Assembly (NCBI GenBank): GCA_973895155.1
Contig: OZ316896.1
Coordinates: forward strand, 23,580,600-23,644,599
Length of the DNA: 64,000 nucleotides
Origin: Marsupella aquatica
Taxonomy: Eukaryota; Plantae; Marchantiophyta
Direction: 5' to 3'
Numbering within the stretch: the first letter of the stretch is position 1; each line of letters begins with the position of its first letter. Below the pieces are notes generated by a model, which was not told the origin of the DNA, did no database searches, and saw only the letters and a list, made by a program, of their open reading frames with translations. The position numbers and the translations under genes are program-made. Positions 49,348 through 61,500 of this stretch are shown here, piece by piece.

Positions 49348-52300
49348 ATGGAGTCATCGTTGTCTCCAGAGAGTATTTCTTCAAGAGGATCATTTCAGTC
49401 GAGGGAGTCGACAAGGAGAGAAACCAGGTTGACAGCTAACAAGAAGGCGCTTGTAGTGGGCTTGAAGACTCCTAGGCGACACAAGATGGTGACGGCGGTA
49501 GATGTTGTGGCTCCTTTGTTTGATCCGAGCACTTTGGAACCTTACATGGTTGTCATAAACTATCATCTTCACTCGTTCGCGGTGAATGAGTTTGGATTTG
49601 CATTGGCTCCCCCTCGAATTCCTCTCTGCCAGATGAGGAACATGCAGATTGTTTGGTCTCTACAAAAGGATTCCACTGCGATAGACACATTGAAGTCCGA
49701 GTTCAGAACGCAGGGTTACATCAAAGATGCACCTCGCTTTTATGTTCAAATGACAAACAAGGATGGAGAAATCCATATGTGTACCGATGCCATCCGCAAA
49801 ACTTGGGATGATATTTGGGTGTTGCAGAACAAGGAGTTTGAACGTGAATGTGATTCTCATGTTTCTTTCTAGATCCTCAAGGACAAAATGTTCTGTGTTT
49901 TCGATGGAAACCACCGATTGTATTCGTGGGGTCAACTGGCGGAAGAGCATCCAAATGATATTAAGTACCATCCTCAAGTTATCTGCAAGATTTTCAAGGG
50001 TGAAAAAAACTCTTTTGTTCAGATGAAGTCGGCAATGCACGCATTGAACGGGTGCAAGTTCTCAGGATAATATCTTTCTGAAATTCCTTTTTTACCATAT
50101 CACTTCCAGCTAGCAATCTCGCTAACATGAGAATGTTGTGGCAGGTTAACTCAATGTCATGTAGAGAACTCCTGGGTTTTGGAGGCTGAACGCGTCCAGA
50201 AGATTCTGAACAATGACTTGTCCGTTACAAGGATATCATCGACATTGAGAATTCAAACTTTTCCAGCAGAAGATGGCAAACGTGCGGAAGGCGGCCTGGT
50301 ATTCGAAGAACATGACGCTGGATGCCTGCACTTATATTCTATCCGCTACTAACATTGCATCGCAGACCAAGGACCTGAAGAAGAAATTTGCTCTTAAGGA
50401 AGCTCAAGGCGAGCCCCTCTCTAAGGCCTCACAGGACTTAGCAATGCATGAGATGATGAAAGAACAACTTGCTGATTGGAATGTGAAAGTTCCAAAGATA
50501 GGTCCATTACTAAATCCAGAGTTTGGAGACTTTTTCAAGAAATGTGTCAAAATGCATAACTAGTGCGAGAATGAGAGAAAGGAGGCCCAAAGGACAGATG
50601 ACAAAGGAAGGGGAAATGTTTCTTGTGGTCTTGATCAAGCTCAATTGTTCATTGGTGTGGCCTCCTTATCCCAAGAGCTCCGATGTACACTCATAGAGGC
50701 ACAGTGTCGTCCTGAGCTTCGAAAGAAATTCTTTCATCTAGGTCAATTCTCAGATAGTGAAACTAAGTTTTGGCTTCATCATTGGGCAGTGTGGGAGCAA
50801 GTCAAGTCAGTTGCGTCTTCCCTGAGATAAGTAATCTCATCAGTTATCAGTCATTTTCATCAGTCGACCTGATATCAGCTGCCACCTCATCTCAGAGAGG
50901 CCGCCAAGTTGCGATTAGAGAAAAAAAACGGGAAAAAAAAAATTTTGATTTTTTTTTTTCAAAAATTGAAGGAGAAAGTTTTTTTTTTCAAATTTTTTCT
51001 CTCATCTCGGCTGACCTCTCCGAGATGTGGTGTCCATACCGAGATGAGAGAAAAAATTTCCGAAATTTTTTTTTCAAATTTTTTTTTTTTTCAAAAAATT
51101 TTAAGTTTTTTTTTTTTTTCCGATTTTTTTCGGTCCGTACACCCATCTCGGCGAGGTCAGCCGAGATTGAACAATCTCAGCTGCCTAGCTGAGATGCGCG
51201 GACGTACAAAGGTCCCAATCTTAGCTCTTTAGCTGAGATTCAAATTTTTTTGAGGTAACTGATATCAGCCGCTGATATCAGTTATTAGTGGCTGATAACT
51301 GATGATATTGTGTACCCCGTCTTCCCTCATGTCTGAAATTGTTGCTGAGGTTATGCCTACTGTCCCTGAGTCGAGGATCCTTACCTCTTTAGAGAAGACG
51401 AAAGCTTCGCTAATCCTTGACATTGAGGAGGATTTTGAGGATTTTCAAACTCGTGTGAAGACTTGTTTCTTCAAGCAGATTTGGCCCCAACTCTTCACAT
51501 GATCAATTGAGGATTCCTTCCGGAATCTTACATCTCGGAGTCCAAATTGGCACCCACTGACGCTGAAGTTGGTGGTTGCGAGGCGATGGAAAAAGCTTGT
51601 CTTGGTGTAGCTGCCATAGTGGATAGGAGTCAAGCTCGAAAGCCAAGAAAAGGAGCATTGAAGGACATATCCAAAGATGGTTCCCAGTTATTGGGAAAGC
51701 CAAGTAAGTCTGTCAATTTTGTTACATTTTATTTTCAAGTCCATATGTGTGTCGAATATACAGACACTAATGGCTTTTGTTTCACATAGAGGAGGAAGGG
51801 TGTGGCTTCTGAGAGTTTGAAGAGTGGAGCAGATGATGGTGAGGAACCTCAGTCCCCAGATGTCAAAGTTACAACAAAGAGCGCAGTGGATTTAGGAAGT
51901 ATAAAGCGTTTGAAACGGAAGCGGAATATCCAAATTCTTTCAGATTTGGACGATGAAGAAGTTTCAGTTGCTCAAGGTGTTGCTTGGATGTGTGGTTTGA
52001 AGATGGATGGGCAGAGACATTTCCTTGCTCGCAGCAATTTGACCGACACATGCAAACTCAATCAGCGTAAATAAAGTGAGGCCATCTTGGACGGGAGATG
52101 GAGATTGATGGATTGCTGGGATGTCAAAGAGCATGGAGTGCCCGAACCCTGTCGTAATTAATGGAAAGCCTTATGTTGGGATTGGAGCACATTTGGGATT
52201 CATTTCTCTTCCAACTGGGCATAGAACACGCGTTACAGACAAAGAGGTCCCGTCTTGGAATGTTTGGAGTGAGAAACTGCCGTATTATTTTTTTGGAGTG

Positions 52301-53057
52301 ATGAGACCAATGCTTTCAGACGACGGATATGTTGTTGTGCTGCACAACTTGGATTTCAATCACATGAGGCAAATATTTACTACAGTCGAGCAAAAAAACA
52401 AATTCAAACATGTTCAGCAATATACCGTTTTGTTGTCTACCCCTTTATGGAGAGTAGATATGGATATCGAGGTAATTATCCCTTCAATGTTTTGAGATGT
52501 TTTATGCTAGCGATTTTGCTAACAAAATGTTAATTTTCCACTCCTCAACATGATCGGTTTACCTATTATTTTTCCATTTTTTGACTCAGTTAATGCTAGC
52601 AAGCTTGCTAACTTTGACATCTTCGGAAGATGCAAGACATAAGTCAATGTTGAGTGTTTGTTACCCTAAGACTGACCCATGTCCAGGAGCGGTTGTTGCT
52701 GGATCAAAAAGGCTTTCAATTGGGTTCATGCAAGCCGTGATGGAATTCCTCACAAAGCCCAAAGACATAGTCCTTGACTGGACTGTGTGTGACGGGAGCT
52801 CGTTTTTTGCCGGAGAATACTCCGGGAGGTTTGTTGTCGGTGTTGAGGACAGGGACATTCTCCACTCCTGTGCTCAAAAAGGTTTAAATAGTGTTCTTGA
52901 GAGGCACTCAAGCAAGGCAAAGATGATTAAGGATCAGGCAGCCAAGGGTAATCAAGACGCTGGGTCGGATGATGAGTTCACGATTCCAGGAGATGAACAG
53001 GCTGGGCCTTCAAGCGAGACGAATTCGACCTGGAGTAAAGTACTTGGCCTCTTCTGA
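49348..53057 (+). pseudogene. ParB/Srx-like N-terminal domain plus beta-class N4/N6 DNA-methyltransferase-fold protein (spliced, MITE-disrupted)
   Basis: QMR...IDTLKSEFRTQGY...FCVFDGNHRLYSW (ParB/Srx DGxHR motif). C-terminus HLGFISLPTG (DPPY position), MRPMLSDDGYVVVL, and FMQAVMEFLTKPKDIVLDWTVCDGSSFFAGEYSGRFVVGVE (motif X/I pattern of N6_N4_Mtase). Introns near 50052-50144, 51703-51789 and 52472-52589. Confidence 0.68.
50824..51318. mobile_element. Mutator-like MITE (495 bp) with 9-bp TSD
   Basis: TSD GTCTTCCCT at 50815-50823 and 51319-51327. Imperfect TIRs GAGATAAGTAATCTCATCAGTTATCAG / CTGATAACTGATGATATTGTGTACCCC. Removing it restores the frame VASSL-MSEIV. Confidence 0.9.
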
Positions 53058-55519
53058 TGTTGGACTCCCTATTTGGTTTCTTTTGTTTTCTTCATTTTGT
53101 TGCTCTTCGTCAACTGATGCCGGTGGTTGCGTCAATGATAGGAGGGTGGATTGGTTTTCTGGGGAGAGATTTTGTCTTCGGAAGGAAGTCCAGGAATCCA
53201 TTGTGGTTACTCCTGAGAAGCCTTTTACTCTTCCGTGCTATGCTGAGACATCGGCGAAGCAGGTTGATGAAGCTCCTGTGGTCTTGACTTGGGAGGCGAA
53301 AGGTCTTCGATCAATGAGAGGTGCTCGAAGATATCTGGATTATTCAATGTTTATCAACAATGAGGCGGGGACAGTCCGTCAGTATTTAGATGAGTCTGCC
53401 GAGTCCACGGAGAGGGAGACCAGTAGCGATCCTAGTAGTAGTGACATATCTGATGATTCAGAGGATGAAGTTTATGACTGAACAAGTAGGAATTTGTAGG
53501 ACTGGATGTACTGGTCGAAGTCGACTCTAAGTACAGTTTTGCTGTGTTGGAGTTTTTGGCGATCCACACTTTCAATGTAAAGAGGGACCATATTATGATG
53601 GAAGTGTCTACTTGTGGTGATCTTTTTTCGAAAAAACAATGTGTGTGGGTCAAGTATGGAATGCATATGAAAATCATGCATGGTTTTTCCTTGTGATTTT
53701 CTTTTGATTATTGTAAGAGGTGGAAAACTGAGATATTTTGGCATTGTTTTCATGGAATGTATTAGGACTTTGAAGGCCAAAAATGCCTCGCTAACAATAC
53801 TGCCTTGCTAGCAAAATCTCCTGTTTCCTCGCACCATACAATTCCTCAGTTTTGTGTAGAACCTTCTAATAAGAAAAGAACTTACTACAGCAATAAAGGT
53901 TGTGCTTAGTTAGATGTGGTCAGTTTTAATCATCAATTTAAATTACCGGTTTACCATATTTGGGCAATTATCAAATGAAATCCTTCCCATGTGCATGGCA
54001 AATCGTCAATTTTCAATCAGAACAGAAGTAAACTAGAGAACATAGGTCTTTGGAAAATGCACCAGTGAACAGTAACTCACTTTTATTTCAGCGGCGTCTT
54101 ACTCCATCTATTACACTCTTGAAGGTCCAGTGATGATTCATTCTTGACCATTAGATCTCCCTCTATTTAAGGAGAACCCTCTGATTGTGGTTAATGGATC
54201 CTTGGTGTGGTGGATAATTGGCAATGAGACCCAGGAGAAGTGGCAAAATTTGGCCAATGACTCAGAAGGAGGTGGAGTTTGGCAATTTTGCCACTAGAAA
54301 GTACCCTGCCACCATGACATGCATGTGGTACTTACTTTGGTGGCAAATTTCTGGGAGGCCTAGATCTAGACGTCCAATGGAGAGTTCCCTGATATCAGCC
54401 TGATTTGAACTGACAAGAGGGACGCATATGTGGTATGGGGTTTGGCTTTCAACCCTTTCATTATGGAGTTCCACTGACCATTTGTCTTCTAGGTCATAGG
54501 TTGCAGTTGCAAAACTACTGTAGGTCACTCTTGGACACTCTATTTTTAATGTTCAATCCCCCCCTTAGCAAGCAAGGGATGTGGAGGGTATGGGCATGTG
54601 TGGGTGGGAATCTTGGTTACTCTTCAGCCCCTAGCTGGTCTGCTTTGAGGCTGGTTTAACACTCCCTCCCTCCTTGCCTAGGACCTTGTGGATTTTTGAG
54701 TATTGTCCCCTTGTGGCTACTCTACAGATCGCATGCTCCCGATAGATAATCAATCCTCTGCTGAATGGGTCTGCTTTTGGTTTCAAGGCAAACAAAATTG
54801 TTCTTAGGCGTGGGCTTGTACACATGCCTATCTGGTGAGTCGACCAATTGTTGACTTGCATCCAACGAGGGCAACGTGGATTTTTCGTATGAATCTATAC
54901 AACACAATACAATTATATGAATTCAATGGGCCCAGAATTCCCAAGATTACATGGGATCTATGAAAATATACATTTTGACTAGGATGACAAAGATTTAGAG
55001 TAAAGATCTCTTTATTTTCACACAAAGTGCATTTTGGGATGACATGGGAGTTTAAAAGTTTAGACGGAGATCCTCTACGAATGCATGATTCTTTCAACAT
55101 CCCGTCCGAGCTTATGACTCTTTTTGGTCTTTCGCCGTGGTTTAAAAAGCAAAAGCCAACGCCCGATGAATGACTCCCTTTTTGCTAAAAGGCGTTAAAA
55201 CAGAAGCTCTATTTAGTCAATTGACACATTAGCTGTCCGCTATAAAGTTGGATTGCACGACATCACGAGTGACGTGTTTACCATGTTTTGGGAGCTATTC
55301 CTTCGCAGTAGCTGTAACCTTCTCCCCAGCCTGGTGGCTTCTGTTGTCGAGAGATCGCTACTACTACGGTACTGGTTCTGTTGACGGACGATCAGCTGGG
55401 CAGGAAAGCAAGAAGCGATACAAAGCAGACTTCGAGATTTGTAACTCGATTCTGACCTCTGTGTCAATTAGTAACATTTGGCAGTACTATCGGTGGGTTT
55501 CCTTCTCAAGCTATCACCA

Positions 55520-58500
55520 ATGGCTTCGACAGAGGCAGTAGCAGGGATCACTGCCTCGGAGATCACCAGTGGAAGCGAGAATTGGGCCGGAGAGTTTCTG
55601 GGGCCCAATCTCTCTATACTATCCGATTCTCAGGTACGCAGTCTCACTTTGCTTGATAGTGCCTATGAAATTGGAGAAATCGAGTCGTTGGTCTGTCTGT
55701 TTTACTAGACCATTGCACCTTCATTCGCCGGTGCCCGATGATCAGAACCCAGCGTCAATTGTATCAGAATTTGTGAAGTCAAGATCTTAAGTGCCTTGGT
55801 TGATGTAAACCCAATTATCCTCTTAAAGCGACAGGTTGCCAACCAGATTTCATGGCAGATCGGAAGGAAAAACTGAACTAAAGGTGCACGTATACAGATT
55901 TACACGTCTTGGCTCTACCACTTCTGTTGACATTTTGTCCCAGCTCAGTGACTGAGGTAGTCTTGTGATGATATCCGAAACTCTATGTTCAGTGTCTGCG
56001 GAAAAGAGATAGTCCTATGTATATCTTAAGAACGTCCTTGAACTAAAGGGCATGAGGGGCATTTTGACTAAAGCAATTGTATACATGGGGTATTTTATCA
56101 TAGAGAAGAATCTTTTTGAGAAGACCATTCTGCAGGGTTTCGAGTCCAGAGCCTGCTTGCACACACTCAGTGGTTCTCTCGGAAAAACATAGTGCAGGGG
56201 AGTCGTCCCGTTTCACTTTGCGAAAGGGTACCAAAGCTGTTTGTATGGTCTAGCTTTTTGGGGAGTTCTGAATAGTGCTACCCACAAAAGCACTTGAACA
56301 ATTGGAAGCAGTCAGTTGCATCTAATTGGTCTGTTTGCATTGTAACTGCTGATTGAAACAGAGAACGCTGGCTCGGATGCTGGTGGAGCAACAACAAACC
56401 CACTTGTTTACAGATTGGCCGTCACCTGGTGTGAGGGATGCAGACAAGCTTCGCTTTTTCGAGCAAGTAAGTTTTGTTCGTTTTGCCTAAGGTCGTCCCA
56501 AGATCATTGCAATCTAGATGAAAAGAACTTTGATCTTCAGAGTATTTCCTATGTTTGACAAATCAGTCAGGGTGGGTTATAGTCCTGTTGGACTTGTCCC
56601 CATCACCAAGTTCATTGTCCAACCCAACAGGTACCATTTTTAGTGAAGGTAGCTGTCGAAGTTGTATACCGTGGAGTTAGGAGTGCAACTCTGAACACTT
56701 GGCACAAGACCCAATTTTACAGAGAGCACTGGAAATGTGGAATAAATCTTATCTGGAATCTATTCGTTGAGCATCTGGATGCTGGATTGCTGAATTGTGG
56801 ATGTACTTAGGGTGCAGAGACGTGGTCGTCCAATACATCTTGTAACGTGCAAGTCCTCTTTGTGCTCAACTATCTATATGTACTGATGACACAATCCATG
56901 AGACTGTACTGCCAAAACTCAGATAGAGGCCAATTTTGACTAAATGCCTCCAAAATCTCATCTTCTGCCGACACCTTGTGAAAATGCTTGAGGTAGTCGT
57001 TCCCAATTTGACATTGCAGGCCTCTGATGCACCTGGGACGCCAATGCTTGACCTGATGAGTGGGTGGTGAACATTGAAGAGTCCCTTGGAATTTCTGCCG
57101 TTAGTAGGACTGTGGTTCCTGAGAAGCACTATGAATCAGCTACTGAAGTAGAAATTGAACCAGTGAATAATTTGACAGGACAAATAATGGAGAGCTGTAA
57201 TTACTTTCGGTATATCTTCCACAGTAATGCATCCTTGCGTCAGACAGCCCTCTGTCATCAAAATCATCTCTTTTGCTTAAAGAATTTCAAGGCAAATACA
57301 ATTTTCTGGCTGTTGCAACTGACAGGTCAAAACAGACGATTCCATGTAGGGATTGATCACGGGGAACCCATGCTACAACAGCAGATTGGAAGTGCGAACT
57401 TTGTTATATCCTAGAGGTTGATTAAGGAGGATCATTTCCTTGTTTCCTGCTTGAAACAACCGCATCACAGAAGGCTCTTCCGACTGCCCCTTAACATACC
57501 TACCCGTATCTGTAGACGAACTCCTTGCCTACAAAGACTAGGCTTGTGTAGCTAAATTTGAGGATCAATAAAAGGGGAGCGGATATCTAAATAGCTGCAT
57601 CTCTATTTACACGAAAGTGCCCCCTGCCTTCAGCTCACCCTCGTTTGCATGCATTGAGTTTTGGCTCTTTGTACTTTCTGCCCTAGTGGTGAATATTTAG
57701 CCTTCAACCGGAATTTCTCGAGCATTCCAAATGTGGTAGATATTCAGGGACTAACTTTTCATGCCTATCTCATGATTTGTGCCTTCAGAGCCACCATGAA
57801 TTATCTCTCTAAGACAGTTTTCTGTTGTGTAGTTGTGATCTGACCAATCATGGCTGTTATTTAAAGTTATCCACCTCTTCAGGTTTGTACATGATTTCCT
57901 CATCACTCCCGTTGGCAAGTTCACCCCCAATTCTGGTCCTCAGTTGTCATTCTACGTCCACGGTACTCCTGTTCGAATCATACAATGTCGTCTGACACAT
58001 AAGTAACAGGAATTTAGCATGGCAGAGCACTCCATGCCGGGAACATGCCCAAGCAGGACACCCTGAGGAGAGAACGACAGCAGAGACCCCTTACAAATGC
58101 AGCAGTGGGCACTCCCACTCTCCCAACTCAAGAACAACTCACCTGGCTAGAGCCGCATGAAACTCCACAATGGAAAGAAGAATGCTATGGAGAAGGGACT
58201 ACAGAGTTTAAGAGTAGAGCATAAATTCAGGTTGGGGCATAGGATAGGAGAATGCAGCCCAAGATCTGTGACAAAATAGGATAGGAGAATGCAGCCCATG
58301 ATCTGTGATATCTGGCTAACGTTCAGTCAATTCTGCTCGGAGTTCTTCGATGGAGAGCAAGACAACGCTTGCAATAATGGGCTGAACCCTGATTTATTTT
58401 TGTTTCAAGGAACTCCTCGATTAATCTGTAGCTACGACACGTGGTAAATTTGGCTGCCATATATTTTCTAAGCCAGATTGAAGATGACGAGTCAGGCCTT

Positions 58501-61500
58501 GACCTTTTAATACGTACAATATTAGTGTCTTTCAGAGATGCCTTAATTTTTCAAACGAAGTTGCCGCCGACGTGTGTTTAGCCAGAGTCCTAGAACATAT
58601 TACTGTTTCCGAGAAATATGAGGGACATATGAAACTTATCGTTTGATTACATTTCAGAATAACAGTGGATGGCTGCCTTTGCTCTAGTATCTATTGTTCC
58701 ATCTATGTATTTGTGGCTTGGTGGCACTGGTCTAGGCAGACACATATGTAAGCCATGCAGGAGCAACTTTTTTGATTTTATTCTTCATTCTTTTGTGATT
58801 CCTGTAAAATAGGTGGAAAAGCTGGATACAAACTACCCTGGCGGACTATCTGCATACATACATAACGCGCGGAAATTACTTGCAGATGCCAAGGCCGGGA
58901 TAAACCCTTTCAGTGGCTACATCCCCTCTGTAAGTCCTTACTCTCTTGAGCAGATTCATTTTACAGACAACACCGGTCTTAGTATTGCCACTCGCTATGG
59001 TTGATTGCGGAGCCTATTTTGATTCCCTTTTTTACGTGACCTTCTTGTAGGGGGTTTGCGATGTCTGAAAACAAACGGAAGACTATCACGTCTTTGGCTT
59101 GCAAGTTTTTCCTGTTAAAAACTCATACATCTCGGTTTAATTAGAAATGGGTCCTTCATACAACCAACATTATACTGGCTTACTCTGTTAGCTGTGAGAA
59201 ATTTCATGAGGCTACTGCTGTATGTGTGTGTCTACGTAATTGACTGTCGAAAGCAACAACTAACTCTCCAAATGTTTACATGTCTGTGTTGCACCTGGGA
59301 TGATATTGTTCATAGATTCCAGTTGGGGAAACCCTCGTTTATGGAGATGAAAACAGCATGAGGTTCGAAGAAGTTGGTGTCCACGAGGCACAATTTGCTG
59401 CATTTGTACTTGTTGCTGGTGGACTAGGAGAGCGTCTTGGCTACAGTGGCATCAAGGTATTTTCTTGATTTGTGCTTTTGGAAGATGTTCCATTTGTGTG
59501 CAGGTTTGGACTGCAGAGACATCTGCTTTGATTGAAGACTCCACTGTTAGCCAAAATCTCTGTTGGCCCAGATTTCCACTCGTATGTTGCATGGTTTAAA
59601 CTTTTAGGGTTGGAGATGCCTTCTATCATCCACAGCAATTGCACTTTTTCACAGTGTCTGCAGTGAATCTTGATGAGCTCTATACCTCTTCTGGAATTTC
59701 ATCCTGACCTGGAAATGCTGTTTCCATGATCAGATCGCTTTGCCAGCAGAGACAACGACTGAGACCTGTTTTCTACAGCTATACATCAAAAGTATATTGG
59801 CGTTACAGGAAGCAAGTGTTAGAGGTGATACCTTTTGTCCTTCCATCAATAAATTAAAGGTGCTAGGAGACGATATCTGGTCTATTCCAACCTTGCGGAA
59901 ACAAAGCTGGGTTGAGTGCAACCGCTTGCAAAGTCATTGGAGTAGATAGTAAGAATATTCAGAATCTTCAGATTAATTTGTTCATATATTTACTCCGTTT
60001 ACTACCAATGTATTGTGAAGTGCTGTCATTGCAGCTCATGGACTGCAATCTATGGCTCAGCTAAGTTGCTTGTTTGCAAGGGTTTTAATTATTGTCCCCT
60101 GCTGACAGCAGGTTTGCCAAATAAGATGAGGCATATTCCATTAGTAATAATGACTTCAGATGACACTCATCAACAGACAGAAGAGCTTCTGATAAAAAAT
60201 AAGTACTATGGGATGCAGCCTGACCAAGTCTACCTTTTAAAGCAGGTATCCCTCATCCTGTCAAAACGCCTGTATTCTGATGGTAAAGAGTAATCATATA
60301 CACTTCACTCATCATTGTGGGTGGAATGAAAACTGTGGTATCTGCGACAATGAGTTGATATTGATTTGTTCAGTTCCTGTATTAAACATTTTCGACATGA
60401 CGATATTAGGTTTACGCTTTCCAATCCTAGCAAAAGTAAAGAGTTGATCTCTCTTACAGAATCTCATGAGTTTAACCCACTTAGAGAATGCATCAGGAGT
60501 GCATTCTCTTGTGGGTTCTTATGGCCACAGTTCATCTGTTCTCCTTACTGACTGCGGCAGTGCTTTAGATTTTGCACGGTTTGCAAGTATGCCTTGGTTG
60601 GTTACTTTGTAAGGTTACTGTGGGTCATCTCCGTTCATCTGCCAGTTGGCAAAAGACTTGCTCTCCCTATGATGTTCAACAAATTACACTGGCTCTGAAC
60701 TACTTGACTGTAAGATTATAGAAATATTCAGCCACAAATATTTAAAATGTGAAGCAGCATCTGGTACACATCCAGATCTCGTCTGAGTTTTGTTCTTGAC
60801 TACATCTCAGACGAGTGACTCTTTTTCTGACAGTCCCACTGCCACAGGAGAAGGTGGCGTGCCTAAGTGACAATGATGCCCGAATTGCTTTGGATCCAGC
60901 TGACAACTTCTTAATTCAGGTAGACTACAAATGAATTTGTTTGAAGTATTCTGGTTAGGTATGTGTGGCTCCCTGTCATTACAGAGAAGTTCCGATGAAA
61001 GCGGTTTATTTGACCACTTTCTGAAGAACGAGCATTGCCAGGATATTCGACTGACTTAAACTAAGCTCGTTATCTAAGTGGTTTCCCTTCATCGTTCAGA
61101 CCAAGCCACATGGACATGGAGACGTCCATGCAGTTCTGTTCAAGAGCGGAATACTCTCAAAATGGTCAGTCACAGTTTTTTAAGTCGTTTTCCCTGAAGC
61201 AGACATCGCTGTCTTATGACCCATAGTGCTTTCAGACAGAAGTAGCATGCATTTCGCTGGAGTCACAATAAACTTTTGTTTCTTGCCAGGCAGCAGGCCG
61301 GAGTGAAGTGGTTACTTTTCTTTCAAGACACGAACGGATTACTTTTTAAGGTTATCATTTGGTTCCTGCTCCGCAATAAAGACAGTTTTTACTCAAGACC
61401 AATAGACCTATCTCGGACAGTGCTGTCCTTTACCCTACTTGCAGATAAGCATTTTGGTTTTCCAGATTATTTAGTATTGTGATGATCCCCGAGTCCTCTA

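Larger units (their letters stand above)
44431..52612. promoter_or_regulatory. Dispersed 18-bp palindromic motif GCTAGCGA-NN-TCGCTAGC
   Basis: Copies at 44431, 44602, 46398, 46476, 48847 (perfect arms), 48941, 50109, 52506 and 52595. An outlier lies at 41324 and half-sites at ~53787-53813. Confidence 0.8.

Noticed and set aside
54180-54860. Possible decayed retroelement fragment upstream of USP
   Set aside because: No recognisable motif or boundary could be supported.
57850-58440. Possible small insertion in USP intron 2, including a ~36-bp tandem duplication at ~58238-58310
   Set aside because: No termini or TSD could be defined.
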